DNA of 64,000 nucleotides from Lingula anatina. Lineage: Eukaryota > Animalia > Brachiopoda. Made by a program: the position numbers and the translations under genes. The notes under the pieces were generated by a model, which was not told the DNA's origin, made no database searches, and saw nothing but the letters and a program-made list of their open reading frames with translations. How positions within the stretch are numbered: position 1 is the stretch's first letter; each line of letters starts with the position of its first letter. The DNA is taken from NCBI GenBank assembly GCA_051362555.1, contig CM120640.1, positions 71,526,788-71,590,787 of the forward strand. The letters run 5' to 3'. Of the stretch, positions 1-14,100 are shown in pieces.

Positions 1-474
1 TATCCTAATTATTTTTCCATTTCCATACATACTGCTACTAGTTGAATTGAGTTCTTGTGAACCTAGATGCGTCATGAGTAGCTGCTTGTACAGCAAATAT
101 ATCCAGAGATTTCCACCTCTGTGTAAGTGGACTGTCCACTCTACTTACAACACATCTTGTGTGATAATGTTGAGTAACATGGTATAGTTGTATTTAATAC
201 AATAATGTATGCTGCAGTGACATCCCTGTATCCAGACTGTCAGTTGTTGATCCTATGGGCAGCTGAGTGGAATCCACTGCACTGACAACCTTCTCCATAT
301 CCCATGACTACCTAGTGACAGGACAATACACAGCTGTTCACAGCAGGAACTAAAACTGAACTTTATCTATTGCCATTAAGTATGTTTGTCCTGGATCTGG
401 ATGCTATACACATCTTCCATATCACTGAGGCTGTGAGTGACTATAATGCACTGAATTCCTGTCCTTTAAATTTG

Positions 475-3400
475 TCAATCACTTTCACTTTCACTATCAT
501 CAAATCCGTCCAAGTCGATCTCTCCCAATACGCCTTCGCGCTGTGCATGTTCCAGTAATGCCAGATGACAGAACACGTACTGGTCTGGCATCTGTATACT
601 GAAAGCACGTTGTGACCGTATTCTTTGCACTGTAGACTCCACATCCACCTTACAGTCATCTGCCAGCCACTTAGTACAGATGTCCATGGTAATGAAGGTT
701 CCTAAAAGCATTCAAATAGCAGTCAGTTATAACAGGGACAAGATCTAGGGGGTTGATTACAGGGAGTTGGTTACAGAGAACCAGTTACAAGAAGGCAGTT
801 ACAAGGAGCCAGTTACAAGAAGGCAGTTACATATGGAGCCAGTTACAGGAAGGCAGTTACATATGGAGCCAGTTACAGGGAGTCAGTTACAAGAAGGCAG
901 TTACAGGGAGTCAGTTACAAGAAGGCAGTTACAGGGATGGGAAAAAATGAAGAGTTACCAATCAAAGTTATATAAGAGAATTACTTAAAATTAAAATTGA
1001 AGCTATCAAGGAATTCTATTTATCCCAATGCCAATAGTACAGCTTATATCCCAGTTAATGACCCTTCCAGCTGATATAACCCAAGTCAGAGGTAATATAC
1101 CCATACTAACCTGTTCTCCCTATTCCAGCACTGCAGTGTATAATTATGGGGGGCCCCAGGGGGTGGCCTTTCCAGCTGCCACCAAGCTCTGACACTCTTT
1201 GCTCTTGGTGTCGACGTACCCGGAACATGAAGTCAAGGAATCCTGAGGCCGAGTGGGGGACGCCATAGTCTGGCCAGCTGGTGAACTGAAAGTGGGTCAC
1301 TGTCCTGTGCTCCTCTGTCTGAAAGTTTACAGATTGTTTTATTTTACCTTTGTTATAACCCTCCTAGTGCCTCACAATTCTAGAATTCGCATTTCTTTAA
1401 GGGGCATGGTCCTTTTTTACAACTATAACTTTAATCTCAAAATGCACACTCATTCTGTTTTTTATTATTGATATTTATCATAATGGTGAAAAGAAAAAAA
1501 CCTCCCCCTACCTTAGGGTTCTGTATTACTAGTGTAGAGACTGTGTAATCTTTGTTCAGTTCTATTTTGGTGTTGATAACAATTAAGTCTCCATATTGTT
1601 CATAGGTGTCTTCCTCATTAGGCCAGTACTGCCCACACTTCACACGGTTCCTCTCCACAGCTCTGAAATAGTTACATATCACAGCATGTGGTCACAGTGC
1701 ACAGAATAATTGCTTCTATTTCATTTTTATTGGCAGTTTAAGTTTTCAAATTATAAATTTAACTCTAGACTATGACATATATGATAATTTTTCTCTCAGT
1801 TCAACTAAGTCTATTTGATAAAGGTGTATAGTTCAAATAATCAACTGTTCACAAGTGAAAGCTGCCTGATACAAACTGCACATGCACATTGTTATTTAAT
1901 GCACCTGACAAACTATATTTCTAGAGAGAAGAATAAAACACCAATTGGTTGCCCTGACAATGACCAGCACTTTGTTGTCATGATGATCATCACCATTTAT
2001 TTCATCAAAACTCACTTTGTTGTCATGACTATGATCAGTGCCTGCTGCTCCCAGACCATTCTCCAGAAATCATCAAAAGACTTTGGAAGTGGCCCTGAAA
2101 AGGACATAATACTTTATTTTACATAAAATCTTCTTTGTGATCAAAGGATAAAAACAGGCCTGTAACTGTCATCTAACACTTCAACTTATGAATGAAAAAA
2201 AAGTTCTTTCCATGGGTATAATTTATATAGAAATAATAACTTAAAAATACAAACATTCAAAATATACAGAGGCTTACATACTGTAACAAAGGTGATATAC
2301 AAATAATGAATTTTACTGGTCAACAATGATCTCAGAGAAGAGCAATTATAATAAGTTTTTATAAACCTATACTTGAACAATTCCACTGGGAGTGCAACAG
2401 CAGCATTAATCTTTGAAGGGATGGGGGGCGTTTATTCGTCACAGAAGTTAAAGCAATAAGAGATGATACAAATGCAATGTTTCAACTAACCAATCCTAGG
2501 TAAAGAATTATGATAAAATTCTAATGAAAAGAATATCAGCATTTTTCACCAACCATCAAAATGGTGAAATCAAAGTCATTGACCAAGTTAGTTTTTCACC
2601 CAGTTCTTAACAATCATGAAGAAGTTCTTGCTTTTAAGACTGAAGGAGAATCAGATTTCAAGACAAACTGACTACTGTTCCTTCTCCATCAATATAAATG
2701 GATGAACATATAATTAGCCCTTGGAAACAGAAAGTGGAAAAACCAATAGAGAGCTGACTCTAGGTGTAACAGGTAATTGGACTTGTCAATCATGAATCTG
2801 TTGTCTCAAAGTACTGCAGGAGGCTGTTCTAATGGCTGGCTGGATTCAACAAGCAGTGTTTATAAGAAGTATGTGTTTAGATGTAGATATTCTGGTTCAG
2901 TTCACCACTCTGTGGTTTGTTTACATTGGTGCCACACCTCGCCAGAACTGTGCTGATGTCATAAGCAGGAGTCATGAGAACTTGGCAGCACAGGCAAAGG
3001 AGGATAAACTTAAAATAGGAAAACTGGTGGATACTGCTTTCTTTATTAAGCAATCCAGTCGGTTTTTAAGGAACATTTTTGGCTGAAGGAATAATTTTGG
3101 GTTTTCATGAGCTATGACATCTTTTTAAATTGTTAAGCACACTGCATGGAATTCTGAATGCCAAACATAAGCTGGAGGGCATCTGAGTGTATTAGACTTG
3201 AGACAAGCTGGAACATGACGTTTTTCAATATGGAGATGTATACATACGTGCACTTCCCCCTTTCTCAGCTTATACTGAAGGAGTAAAATATTAAAACTTC
3301 AATGACATATGCGTGTGCAGCAAGGCTTTGCCCAGCAAACCATTCAGTGGTCATTTAGACTGCGGCCACTATCACTGAACGGCCTATATTTTCAAAGACA

Positions 3401-3594
3401 GCTGGACAGCTTATTATTTTTTGAAAAATAATGGCTTGGACTCCCTGAAATTTTGTGGGAAATTACAGGTGATACTTTTGGACAGCCTGTACCCCAAATC
3501 CTGGGAAAAGCCCTGGAGAACAGGAATAACACTGAAGATGAAGCAAATTTTATATCTCTCCCCCCCCCTTCTCTCTCTCTCTCTCAAACACACA

Positions 3595-3652
<58 letters not shown>

Positions 3653-6600
3653 TGCTCCCTTACCCTGTGTGGATATATAAGCATTTCTCTGCTTGTACCC
3701 GTCCACAAAGTTAGCATTGATGTAGTCAGTGGTGGGGTCCCCATCAATACATTCTAGTCTCACTCTACTGTGGTCCAAACACAGGACATCAGTGTAACGG
3801 TTCTTGGGGAGATTGTGCCGAGCTCTGAAATACACAGCTGCCATTATCCTTATCTCTAAGATGAAGAAACTAATGTGTAATTACTTCAGTTCATGTACAA
3901 TATATGTTTAGATCACCAGTCTGCCTTGAAGTTTACTTAAAGAAATATTAGATTTTTTGTCAGATCCTATAATGCAAACACTTACTTTGAATCATTGAAT
4001 GTGCCTTTTGGTGCCTCTGCCTTCAGGAAAGCATACTCTTTGTACAGTCCCTGCTTCCCCTTGGCCTTCACCATCTTAGCAAACTCCTCTATAGACATGC
4101 CCTGGTTCTGTGAGGTATGAATGGAACCATCATCAAAGTCTGCATCTGCCGGACGCTTCTTCCTGGGCAGTTGTGGCTGGAGCTGACCAGACACTGGGCT
4201 TAGGTCAGGGGAGGACTCCACGGCCCTCTTACAGGGGGGTGAGCCCACTTCACTGGACTCATCACTGTTACTTAATGTGTAAACCTCGGCCTGGCCGTTC
4301 ATGTCTCTGGAGGCCTCATTCCCAGGTTTCTCCTCCTCTACTTCTTTCTCTCTCTCCTCATGGTTATGTTTCTCACTGACAGTCTCCTTGGAGCCCTGGG
4401 AGTCCAGGTCCTCACTGACAGGAGACACGGGACTATTGTCAGAGGTGCCTTTCACACTGTTTGCTACTACTATATTAGAATCATTCCTTGCTGCTTTGAG
4501 AAAGCTTTCAAACATCTTGTCATCCACTTTCATTGCACCATGTTTGAGACAATGTTTGAGCCATGCCTGATGGTCCACCTCTAGTGTTCCCCCTAGTTGT
4601 TTGGGAAGAGACTCCACAGGGATGTGATCTGTCAACTGGGGGCTGTTCACAGTGAATACCTGCAATAGAAAACCAGCCATGTACATCGTGGTGTGCTTTT
4701 CTTACCTCAGCTCTCCCTGGCTGTTTGCCACTGACAATAATAAGAAGGAATAATTCTAAAGGCACAGTTAAAACAGGACAAATCATACTACAAGAGTGCA
4801 CACTGATTTCAGACATGGCCGTAGTCTCACTCTAGTGCTACAGTAATTGTAGCAATTCATAACAGTCAGTACTTTATTGACTTGTAACAAATGAGCAGAT
4901 CCACCACTCTGAGCCCAGAGCCAGACTTACCCGGTCTCGAAGTTTTTGTCGTACAAATAATCTGAGTATTTTGAAGGGAGCTTTGAACCACAAGGGTGCT
5001 GTAACAACCAGGACTTTCTTTAACCTGGCAGGAAAACCACCCTGGAATGACAGAAGTCTTTTTATACAAAAGAAATATCAGTAAGGAAAACACAACATGC
5101 TACTATGTTAGTCTTCTGCAGATATTAGAAATAAAAATCTGAGACAGTTAATTTAATTGACATCACAAAATAAGTCTTGCATCAAATTTTAATATTTTTG
5201 GTATTGACATCAACTGTTTATTTTGTTTTTTTTAAATAATGCAAATGTTGTCCTAACTCCAACCCTTTTAACCAGTCAATAACAATGTTCCTTACCTTTA
5301 GCAAGTCCAATATCTTAATACTTAGGTCATAGTCAAAATTGCTGTATTTTGATCCAGTCATGTCATAAATAAATACTAGTCCATTCCTTTGAGTTTCAGT
5401 GCTGAAAAATAGAAGGAAGTTGAAGATGTATGCTTTTTCAGATATGCATGTACTATGTGATGAGGGAATTCATCTGTTTTTTTCCCGTTTTCTGAAGCAT
5501 TTGCTAATAAGTCATGACACATAATGAATTGTTTTCTGAAGCATTTGCTAATTAGTCATGACACATAATGTATAATGCTACTTACTTTGGTAAAATATAA
5601 CAAAGAATTCCCTATATTATCCAGTAGTGTAGTTGTGTAGGTTACACCAGATAACTTAAAGAATTCCCTATATTATCCAGTAGTGTAGCTGTGTAGGTTA
5701 CACCAGATAACTTAAAGAATTCCCTATATTATCCAGCAGTGTAGCTGTGTAGGTTACACCAGATAACTTAAAGAATTCCCTATATTATCCAGTAGTGTAG
5801 TTGTGTAGGTTACACCAGATAACTTAAAGAATTCCCTATATTATCCAGTAGTGTAGCTGTGCAGGTAACACCATATAACCTATAGAATTCCCTATATTAT
5901 CCAGTAGTGTAGTTGTGTAGGTTACACCAGATAACTTAAAGAATTCCCTATATTATCCAGTAGTGTAGCTGTGCAGGTAACACCATATAACCTAAAGAAT
6001 TCCCTATATTATGCAGTAGTGTAGCTGTGTAGGTTACACCAGATAACTTAAAGAATTCCCTATATTATCCAGTAGTGTAGCTGTGCAGGTAACACCATAT
6101 AACCTAAAGAATTCCCTATATTATTCAGTAGTGTAGTTGTGTACACCAGATAACTTAAAGAATTCCCTATATTATCCAGTAGTGTAGTTGTGTAGGTTAC
6201 ACCAGATAACTTAAAGAATTCCCTATATTATCCAGTAGTGTAGTTGTGTAGGTTACACCAGATAACTTAAAGAATTCCCTATATTATCCAGTAGTGTAGT
6301 TGTGTAGGTTACACCAGATAACTTAAAGAATTCCCTATATTATCCAGTAGTGTAGTTGTGTAGGTTACACCAGATAACTTAAAGAATTCCCTATATTATC
6401 CAGTAGTGTAGTTGTGTAGGTTACACCAGATAACTTAAAGAATTCCCTATATTATCCAGTAGTGTAGTTGTGTAGGTTACACCAGATAACTTAAAGAATT
6501 CCCTATATTATCCAGTAGTGTAGCTGTGTAGGTTACACCAGATAACTTAAAGAATTCCCTATATTATCCAGTAGTGTAGTTGTGTAGGTTACACCAGATA

Positions 6601-9600
6601 ACTTAAAGAATTCCCTATATTATCCAGTAGTGTAGTTGTGTAGGTTACACCAGATAACTTAAAGAATTCCCTATATTATCCAGTAGTGTAGCTGTGTAGG
6701 TTACACCAGATAACTTAAAGAATTCCCTATATTATCCAGTAGTGTAGTTGTGTAGGTTACACCAGATAACTTAAAGAATTCCCTATATTATCCAGTAGTG
6801 TAGTTGTGTAGGTTACACCAGATAACTTAAAGAATTCCCTATATTATCCAGTAGTGTAGTTGTGTAGGTTACACCAGATAACTTAAAGAATTCCCTATAT
6901 TATCCAGTAGTGTAGTTGTTACCTTTCAAGAGCAGAGTCCAGCTGGAACATCAAGGCTTTCAACACGGCCTGGTGTGAGGTGCTGGCGGGGTTGTGGTAA
7001 CGTGCAGTAAACAGGGCTATGGCTGCCCCACTGCTGTCCCTGGCAGGCTGCAATAGTGAACACAAGCTGCTGGTTTGTTGTCATATACTACAACGATTGA
7101 AGGGACTTACAACTAGAGGATCAGAGAGGCGATACCGCCTCCAGATATTGTACCACCAGCTGGAGTAAGCGCATTCGTATGGACCCCCCCCCCCTCCTAA
7201 AAGGGACACCATCACCAGTCTGGTGTTTGACAAGCTCTATAAGATGCAATCAACAAGAGTTCTCAAAATATGCAAAAAATATAACTAAAAATGATACAAT
7301 CAAGCAGATTTTCAAATTGACTTGCATTTTCCTACCCTTGCTCACTACTGTATTCTCTAGACAAAAGGCCTATTGGTTTTCCTTGAAATGTGTTGTCAAT
7401 GGTGCATATATGCTGACAAAAGAGAAAACCTAGGGGAAACAATGGGCACATCTCTGCTAGATTTAAAGATATGAGAGGCAAGAAAATATGCAAAGCTCAG
7501 TTCATGGTGAAAAAGTAGGTCAAAGGTCAATTTCAATATCATAGTATATGAATTTCTATTCAAGTTCAATAGCAACCATGGACATTTCTTTGCCAATTTT
7601 GCAGATTTAAAGGCCAGAAAACATGCAAAAAGCAGTTCATCATAAAAAGTAGGTCAAAGGTCAATTTCAAGGTCACAGATTGCTAGTGTATTACTTCCTA
7701 TTCAAGTTCAATAGTAACTATGGACCTATCTGTCAGTTTTGAAGATAAAGGTGAACGAAAATTTGCTAAGTTCAGTTCATAGTAAAAGGAAGGTCAAAGG
7801 TCAATTTAAAGGTCACAGTAAATTGCCAGTTCATGACTTCCTATTTAAGTTCAATAGTAACTATGGACCTATCTCTGCCAGTTTTGGAGATTAAAGGGAA
7901 CAAAAATTGGCAAAGTTCAATTCATGGTGAAAAGTAGGTCAAAGGTCAATTTTAAGGTCACTGATTAATTGCCAGTATGTGACTTCCTATTCAAGTTTAA
8001 TAGTGACTATGGACCTATCTCTGCCAGTTTTGGAGATTAAAGGGAACAAAAATTGGCAAAGTTCAATTCATGTTGAAAAGTAGGTCAAAGGTCAATTTTA
8101 AGGTCACTGTTAAATTGCCAGTATGTGACTTCCTATTCAAGTTCAATAGTAACTATTGACCTATCTCTGCCAGTTTTGGAGATAAAAGGGAACAAAAATT
8201 TGCAAAGTTCAGTTCATGGTGAAAAGTAGGTCAAAGGTCAATTTCAAGCTCACATCTAGATTGCAAGTAAATGACTTCCTATTCAACTTAAATAATAACT
8301 ATTGACCTATCTCTGCCAGTTTTGGAGATATAAGGGACTAAATGTTACAATTCTGAGTTACAAAAATGTGCCACCACAAAGTACTTTTTAATACAGCATA
8401 ACACGAAAACCGTATGAAATACAAAAAAACGGAGACCACTCTCAGTGTTGGGCTTTACATGCTCTACAAAATGCAAAAAAGAACGGGTCGCTAGCATTAA
8501 CGGTTCCCGAATTAGAGACAGTTTTCATTTTCGGTATTTTATGGCCGCTACTCCTGTGAAAATGCACCGATTGACCCCAAATTCACAGAGATGAAAGATG
8601 ACCCAAAGGGTAACACTTTCCAATATAATTATTGGTTAAGTCTGTGTAGTGTCTGAATAACAGTGCAAATAATATTTTTTTTCGTAAAAAATTTCATTTT
8701 TTTGAAAATTTTGGCCCGTTTGACCTTGAAATAAAGGTCAAAGGTCAAATCCAAGGGCATATTTGAAATCTACACATATGACTTTTGGAAAGCCGTCTGT
8801 AGAAAATTTTCCCATAATTCCTTCCGTAGGGTAGATAATTGGCATTGAATTTTCAAAAATTTTGACAAGGGTGCATTTCAAGGAGCGTCACGCCCAGGTC
8901 AATGTACCGACTGAGACAAAAAAACCTGGGGGTTCAAGTTGAGGTTATATGTGACCTAAATCCAAGAGATGGGGACAGGGGTCCTTGCGGTCTAGGAGGA
9001 GAAGCGGTAACGGTGACTTGTATCCGGCGCCAGTACGCGGAGCCGGCGGAGCTTACGGAGCCGGCGGAGCCGGCGGAGCCAACGGAGCCGGCGGAGCCGG
9101 CAGAGCCGGCGGAGCCGGACGAGACGGGTCGGGACTAAAACCATGAGTACCGCCAGCGTACACGCTGGTGGTACTAATGAATAGTTGTTAGGTTGGAGAA
9201 ACTACCACACAAAGATAAGAGAGACAGCTGTATGAAATATCATCACTTACTGTTTTCAGTTCAATACTTACCAGGATTGTAAATTTTAAAGACAGCAATT
9301 CCACTTGCACTGATTTGTCTAGGGGGTAAAGGTTAATCAAGCCTTCTCTTTGTCTGATTAGCTGAAATGTATAAGTCATTTACAGTAATCTACACACTGA
9401 CAAGGTTTTTACAAAATTAGTGAAAATTTTTGGCAATGTTAGCTTGGGTTTCTCACAGTGGATGGTCTTTTTCCAGTATGTTATCATCACTGAAGACACA
9501 CATTTCAAGATTATTCTTTATTCATGCAGCTTGCTCATTTTACTGTCTTTAATGTATCAATGAAAAAATACCAACAAATAACTATATTTGACAGAATTTT

Positions 9601-10802
9601 TGTTGGTATACCTTTAATATAAGGTAGTATTTACACCAACACCTAACATCTACTATGTCTTATCAAAGGGATAACTCAACTGGCAATATTGAAAAAGACA
9701 AGAAGCTTATCAAATTGTTCAATAATACTGATAAAAGAGTGAAACAATCTAATCTTACCCTGTGGTTTCTATAAAGGTCCAGTGCACGAGGAAGTTCAAA
9801 TTTTCTAGCCATTAAGAACTTGACAGCCTCTTCCCAGGTGACTGTGGGGGCAGTCTGTCCATTGGTCTGGGGCTGGTTCACCTCCTTTAAGAAGGCCACT
9901 GCTGCCTGAGAGACCAAGGAAAACTTACAGTTACTTATTACTACATAATTTTATAGTCTGCAAACAATGGAATATCTTGGAAATATCTGTTTTCTGTACA
10001 CCAGTAAAAAACTCTCCGCTTTACACACACACACACACATGCACACACAAACAGTCACAAACACAAAACATTGAGGTTTAAATAACATCATAATGAACTG
10101 AAAGTCCTTAAAAGTTTGAGCCTAAAAAGTTAAAATGTTGTGTTATTCAAATATTTACCTCATTTTTCACAAAATCTAAAGTGCCCTTCATGTTATCCAG
10201 GGATGTATAAATAAGATCGACTTAGAGAAAACTGAGGTCAATTCACAAGATATTGAAGGAGTGTACAACTGACTAACTAATGGAGCAGGCTTTACAAAGT
10301 CCACATCCTAATCATCCATATATAGAAATACTAAAAAGATTTCACCATAACTTCCGGTAAATAAAGCCGGAAGTGATGGTCATGTCCGAATTGAATCTAA
10401 GTAAATGATCCTTTCATATTAAAATAAATCATTTCCACCGCCGTCTTGCATTTTATGATACCACGGTTTTTAAAAAGGAAACAGAAAGATAAATTAATGA
10501 AAACATAGATATAATGCACCGAGTTTTCCCTACAGATCGCTTTCAGCGACTATCCCAGACAGTCACGGAAGGTGCGAAGATCTCAACTCAATCTTGATTC
10601 CAAATCTTTAAGGCAAAACCAATTAACCACTTACAGCATGGCGACAAACTATTTTCTCGTTGATATATGCGTGCTAGCTTACAAAGGAAAACAAAATATA
10701 AGATATTACAAAATATTTCAAAAATTTCCGATCGATCTCTTTGAAATCCATTAATTAAATTCGACAAACCTGCTCTTCTTCCGGACATAGCGAAGCAGCC
10801 AT
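475..10802 (-). CDS. PTPN9: Tyrosine-protein phosphatase non-receptor type 9 (PTP-MEG2; Sec14/CRAL-TRIO + PTP domain), 12 exons, ~703 aa
   Basis: GT-AG exons (minus): 10770-10802, 9759-9905, 9272-9361, 6923-7047, 5296-5401, 4931-5041, 3986-4659, 3664-3824, 2016-2094, 1512-1662, 1111-1318, 475-701; total 2112 nt, in frame. N-terminus [19 protein letters not shown], Sec14-like motifs ([28 protein letters not shown]) and PTP motifs [42 protein letters not shown]. Confidence 0.95.
718..940. repeat. Short-unit tandem repeat (CAGTTACA core) just upstream of the last PTPN9 acceptor
   Basis: Alternating AGCCAGTTACAAGAAGGCAGTTACA units. Confidence 0.85.
3571..3650. repeat. (CT)n(CA)n microsatellite
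   Basis: Direct reading; ends ~13 nt from the PTPN9 donor at 3663. Confidence 0.95.
5602..6919. repeat. 56-bp minisatellite, ~23 copies, abutting the PTPN9 exon 4 donor
   Basis: Unit AAGAATTCCCTATATTATCCAGTAGTGTAGTTGTGTAGGTTACACCAGATAACTTA. Confidence 0.95.
7111..9178 (+). mobile_element. Helentron/HINE-like non-autonomous element (pearl/CvA-like layout) with internal ~146-bp tandem repeats
   Basis: Starts AACTAGAG. Subterminal GTACCACCAGC (~7150) is complementary to the right arm of the terminal hairpin AGTACCGCCAGCGT-ACGCTGGTGGTACT (9146-9175). About 6 core repeats (7440-8340, aaggtcaaaggtca-rich) and a (GCCGGCGGA)n microsatellite (9040-9120) precede the hairpin. No ORF. Confidence 0.7.
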
Positions 10803-11133
10803 ATTGCAATGAATAACATGGATTAATGGACCCACTTCAGATTGTCGTTCACGTAGATGTTGACGTTTGAGCTAATAAATAGCAAAATCTTAGGATAAAT
10901 AATGAAAGAAAAATATATAGATTTATTCATTTATCTTAAGTGTGAAAAAAAAAGTTGATTATACTATTTACATCTCTGATTTTACTTCCGTCTTGTTTCA
11001 ACGTGACGTAATAAAGAGCTGCCATATTGGGTATCGGAGAACAACAAGAGAGGAAGAAAAACATTAGCTTTCCCTGCAGTTGATTTATTTCAACGTATTT
11101 TTTACTTTTTGTTGTCGGGATCATTGAGCCCGA
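10803..11133. promoter_or_regulatory. Putative bidirectional promoter PTPN9/UBE2R2
   Basis: Divergent ATGs 331 bp apart. Locally CpG-richer; ETS-like ACTTCCGT (~10984), CRE-like TGACGTAA (~11004), YY1-like GCCATATT (~11020). Confidence 0.7.
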
Positions 11134-14100
11134 ATGGCACAGAGTCCTACTAGCGGTGCTGTGCGCGCTCTTCAATTAGAACTGAAGAAAATTCAAGAAG
11201 AACCAGTTGAAGGGTTCCGTGTACATTTGAGCAATGACGACAATCTTTTCGAATGGGAAGTGGCAATTTTTGGTCCTCCGGGCACGCTGTACGAAGCTGG
11301 TTATTTTAAGGTCTGTATATTATGCCCCACATTTTTCTATTTATAAGATTGAAAAGCTTATTAAAGCCTTCCCAACTTGCCCATTTCTAGGTAGTAACTT
11401 AACCTCGTATGCCAGGTCACGAGGGCCAGCTGTCATATATATCCATTGAAAACACAAAGAGATTTTTAATTGACTTGGAAAATGTTTTGATGTAGACAGC
11501 ACAAAACAAAAGCAGCACTAGTAAAATAGAAAGCCAATTTGGACATGATCAATTAATAAAGTAAATGTGGTTTTATTGTTTTCAAAATTACTCACAATTT
11601 CCTTAGTCATTGTTTGCACTCTGTATGTGTGGAATGGACTTGGAAGGAAAACAATATTTAGATATTTCTATTGTTTTTATTTATTTATTTATTTAATTAA
11701 TTGTTTTGTTTTTGTTATTCGAGATCCCAATTTTTTGTCCAGTTTTTATCTTCATGACAGCAGTAAATGTGAGGAGATTGATTTGCTTTGTATGAACCAG
11801 GATTATAATTATGATGGATGGTTGAATGATAGTAGAGCAGGATGTTGGCCACACTCACTGACCTGGTATAATCTTTGGAACAAAGGAAATCATAGAATCA
11901 CTGTATTCCTGTAGGAATCATTATACAATATTTCTAGTGAATAGCTGCAAAGATAGAGTTCAAATTCCAGTAGTTCCTGAGTATGATTAGTGTTTTTTAC
12001 AAGAATATATGTTCTTCATATGTCAGCTTGATGAGTCTTCTTAGGACACATCATTTAGTATAATTTACACTGTGGTAGCAGTCATTTCCTCTTTGAATAA
12101 AAACCTGTAATTGTAGCTGATAACAAATTTTACCTTGACTTGGAATGACATTTTCCTAACGAATGTGGTTAGGTTACTTTTGCAGATTTAGGTCATAGAC
12201 AAAATTTTCACTTGATACCTGTTCTTAATTTCCATATTTATGTGTCTTTCCATTTGTAAGTAACCTCATTGGAATACATCCATTGAACTAATACTCTTCT
12301 AGAACTATTTCATTGTCACAGCAACATGTAGGAAAGTTTGTTTTCCAAATTGTGTTGATGACGGATCCCAGAGTGTTCCATGTTTGTTATTTAGGCTGTC
12401 AGTACAGTTGTCTTGATTTGGCAAATGTTATTTGCTTACCTAAGTATTTTGATATCTCAGGTTCAGCAAGGTCAAGTTGAAGTTTATTTATTTAAAGCCA
12501 ATCTTATCCTTAACAACCCTTTTATAATTGAATCAGTATGAGTAAGAATATTACTGGAATAGAACATTATTGGATTGACACAACAGCATTTATTTTAAAA
12601 GTTAAAATTATGAATGTTCATAAAAGATCAATAACAAATATTTCTTTATGTAAAAAGATAACACCAGACCATGAAGCATAAGTTATTAAAATCATGACAG
12701 AAAAGGGTGTATTTGTGAAGTAGATCTCCAGTCAAGAGAATGATAAAAGGGAGTTTTTTTTAAAACAGTACCCAAGCAATACAATAGATTTGGTCAATAT
12801 GTAAACTGGATAATAACTGAGATTCATATTTCACAATAAATACCTTGTAAACAACTCATACAAATTTAATAAATTTCATTTTACCACCAAAATGACTGTC
12901 ATGGCAATTATTCTGGAATCTGTGCTTGCCATAAGACCACCTGACCTTTATCTATAGATGGCTTTACTTTGTAAATGATCTCTTGGGAGGTTATAACAAA
13001 AAAAAAAATGATTTAGGAAAAAAATTGACTAAATTTGAATGTTGGAATGAATTCATTACCATTGGTAAATATGGGAAATCACTGATTACCCCAGGTAAAT
13101 ATCTTTTTTTTTTTTTTTTTTTGGCAAAACTAACAGCTGTTATCCCCTTAAATAGATAATAGCCCCATTCACACCTACATGGTTAATCGAGATTTAGGGA
13201 ATCACGATTCTAACGCGCTTAGCTAAATTCACTTTTTTGCGTTCACACATGTAAAAAACGAAATCGCGATTTACCTTGCTAGATCTGGTAATTGCAACTG
13301 CGCTCGCTAGGGAGTCACGGTATATCCTGTTGATCATGCGCAGTAGCTGCCTTCAAGACCATGCTTTCGGTGTGTACGGTGTTCTTTTCTGTTTAATACT
13401 CTCATCGCCCCAAATATTTAGTTATGCTGCCACTGAGTTTTCATACCAGTACGTCCTCTTGGCCATTTTGCTGACTGCGAAGAAACTTGAAATTGCGTGG
13501 ACAGTTTGTTTTCTTTCACTTTCCAGTCGGCGAATAGCTGTATTTAGCCAATGTTTCGTTTCAATTTATACCTGACATGAAATAAAATTTATTGTACTGT
13601 ATTGTATTGTACTTTCAATAGAAACTGTGCATGCGACATAAGTCCTCAACTTCCGGTGTTAACATCGATCCCGTTCTCACTAGGAAATTTTATATCGCGA
13701 TTTAAGTTTACATCGATAGAATCCACCTCTCAAGTAGGATTAATTTGAATCGCGATTTGGCGTCTCTACTGCGTTCACACTAGAAGCTTTACATCGATAG
13801 AATCGCGATTTGGCACTAATCGCGATTGAAAGTGTCTCGTGTGAATGGGGTTACTGAATAAAGTTGCAAGCATTTTGTATATCTGGTCTTTGTATTAGTT
13901 TAGTTAGGCAAGTCAAGTATGGTGAAGGTACTTTAATTTTTAAATTAATTGTGAAATTTTGATGAACTTCAAACAACAATTAAGGATAAAGTGGAAGCAT
14001 TCATTTTCTTTGTTTTATGATTGCTATTTTTGCCCCATTTCAGGCTCATATGAAGTTTCCTTCAGACTACCCGTACTCTCCACCCTCAGTCAAATTCCTC

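Noticed and set aside
3414-3747. Several ORFs with CV/HT repeats (also 46040-46448)
   Set aside because: Microsatellite translations.
5602-6919. CRISPR-like regular repeats (also 20243-20853, 43289-43934, 57926-58768)
   Set aside because: Units are contiguous with no unique spacers, there are no cas genes, and the context is eukaryotic introns.
8902-9138. ORF with (EPA)n repeats
   Set aside because: Translation of the GCCGGCGGA microsatellite inside the HINE-like element.
13276-13575. 99-aa ORF duplicated at 60267-60527
   Set aside because: Lies inside MITE family A, start and stop differ between copies, and there is no recognisable domain.
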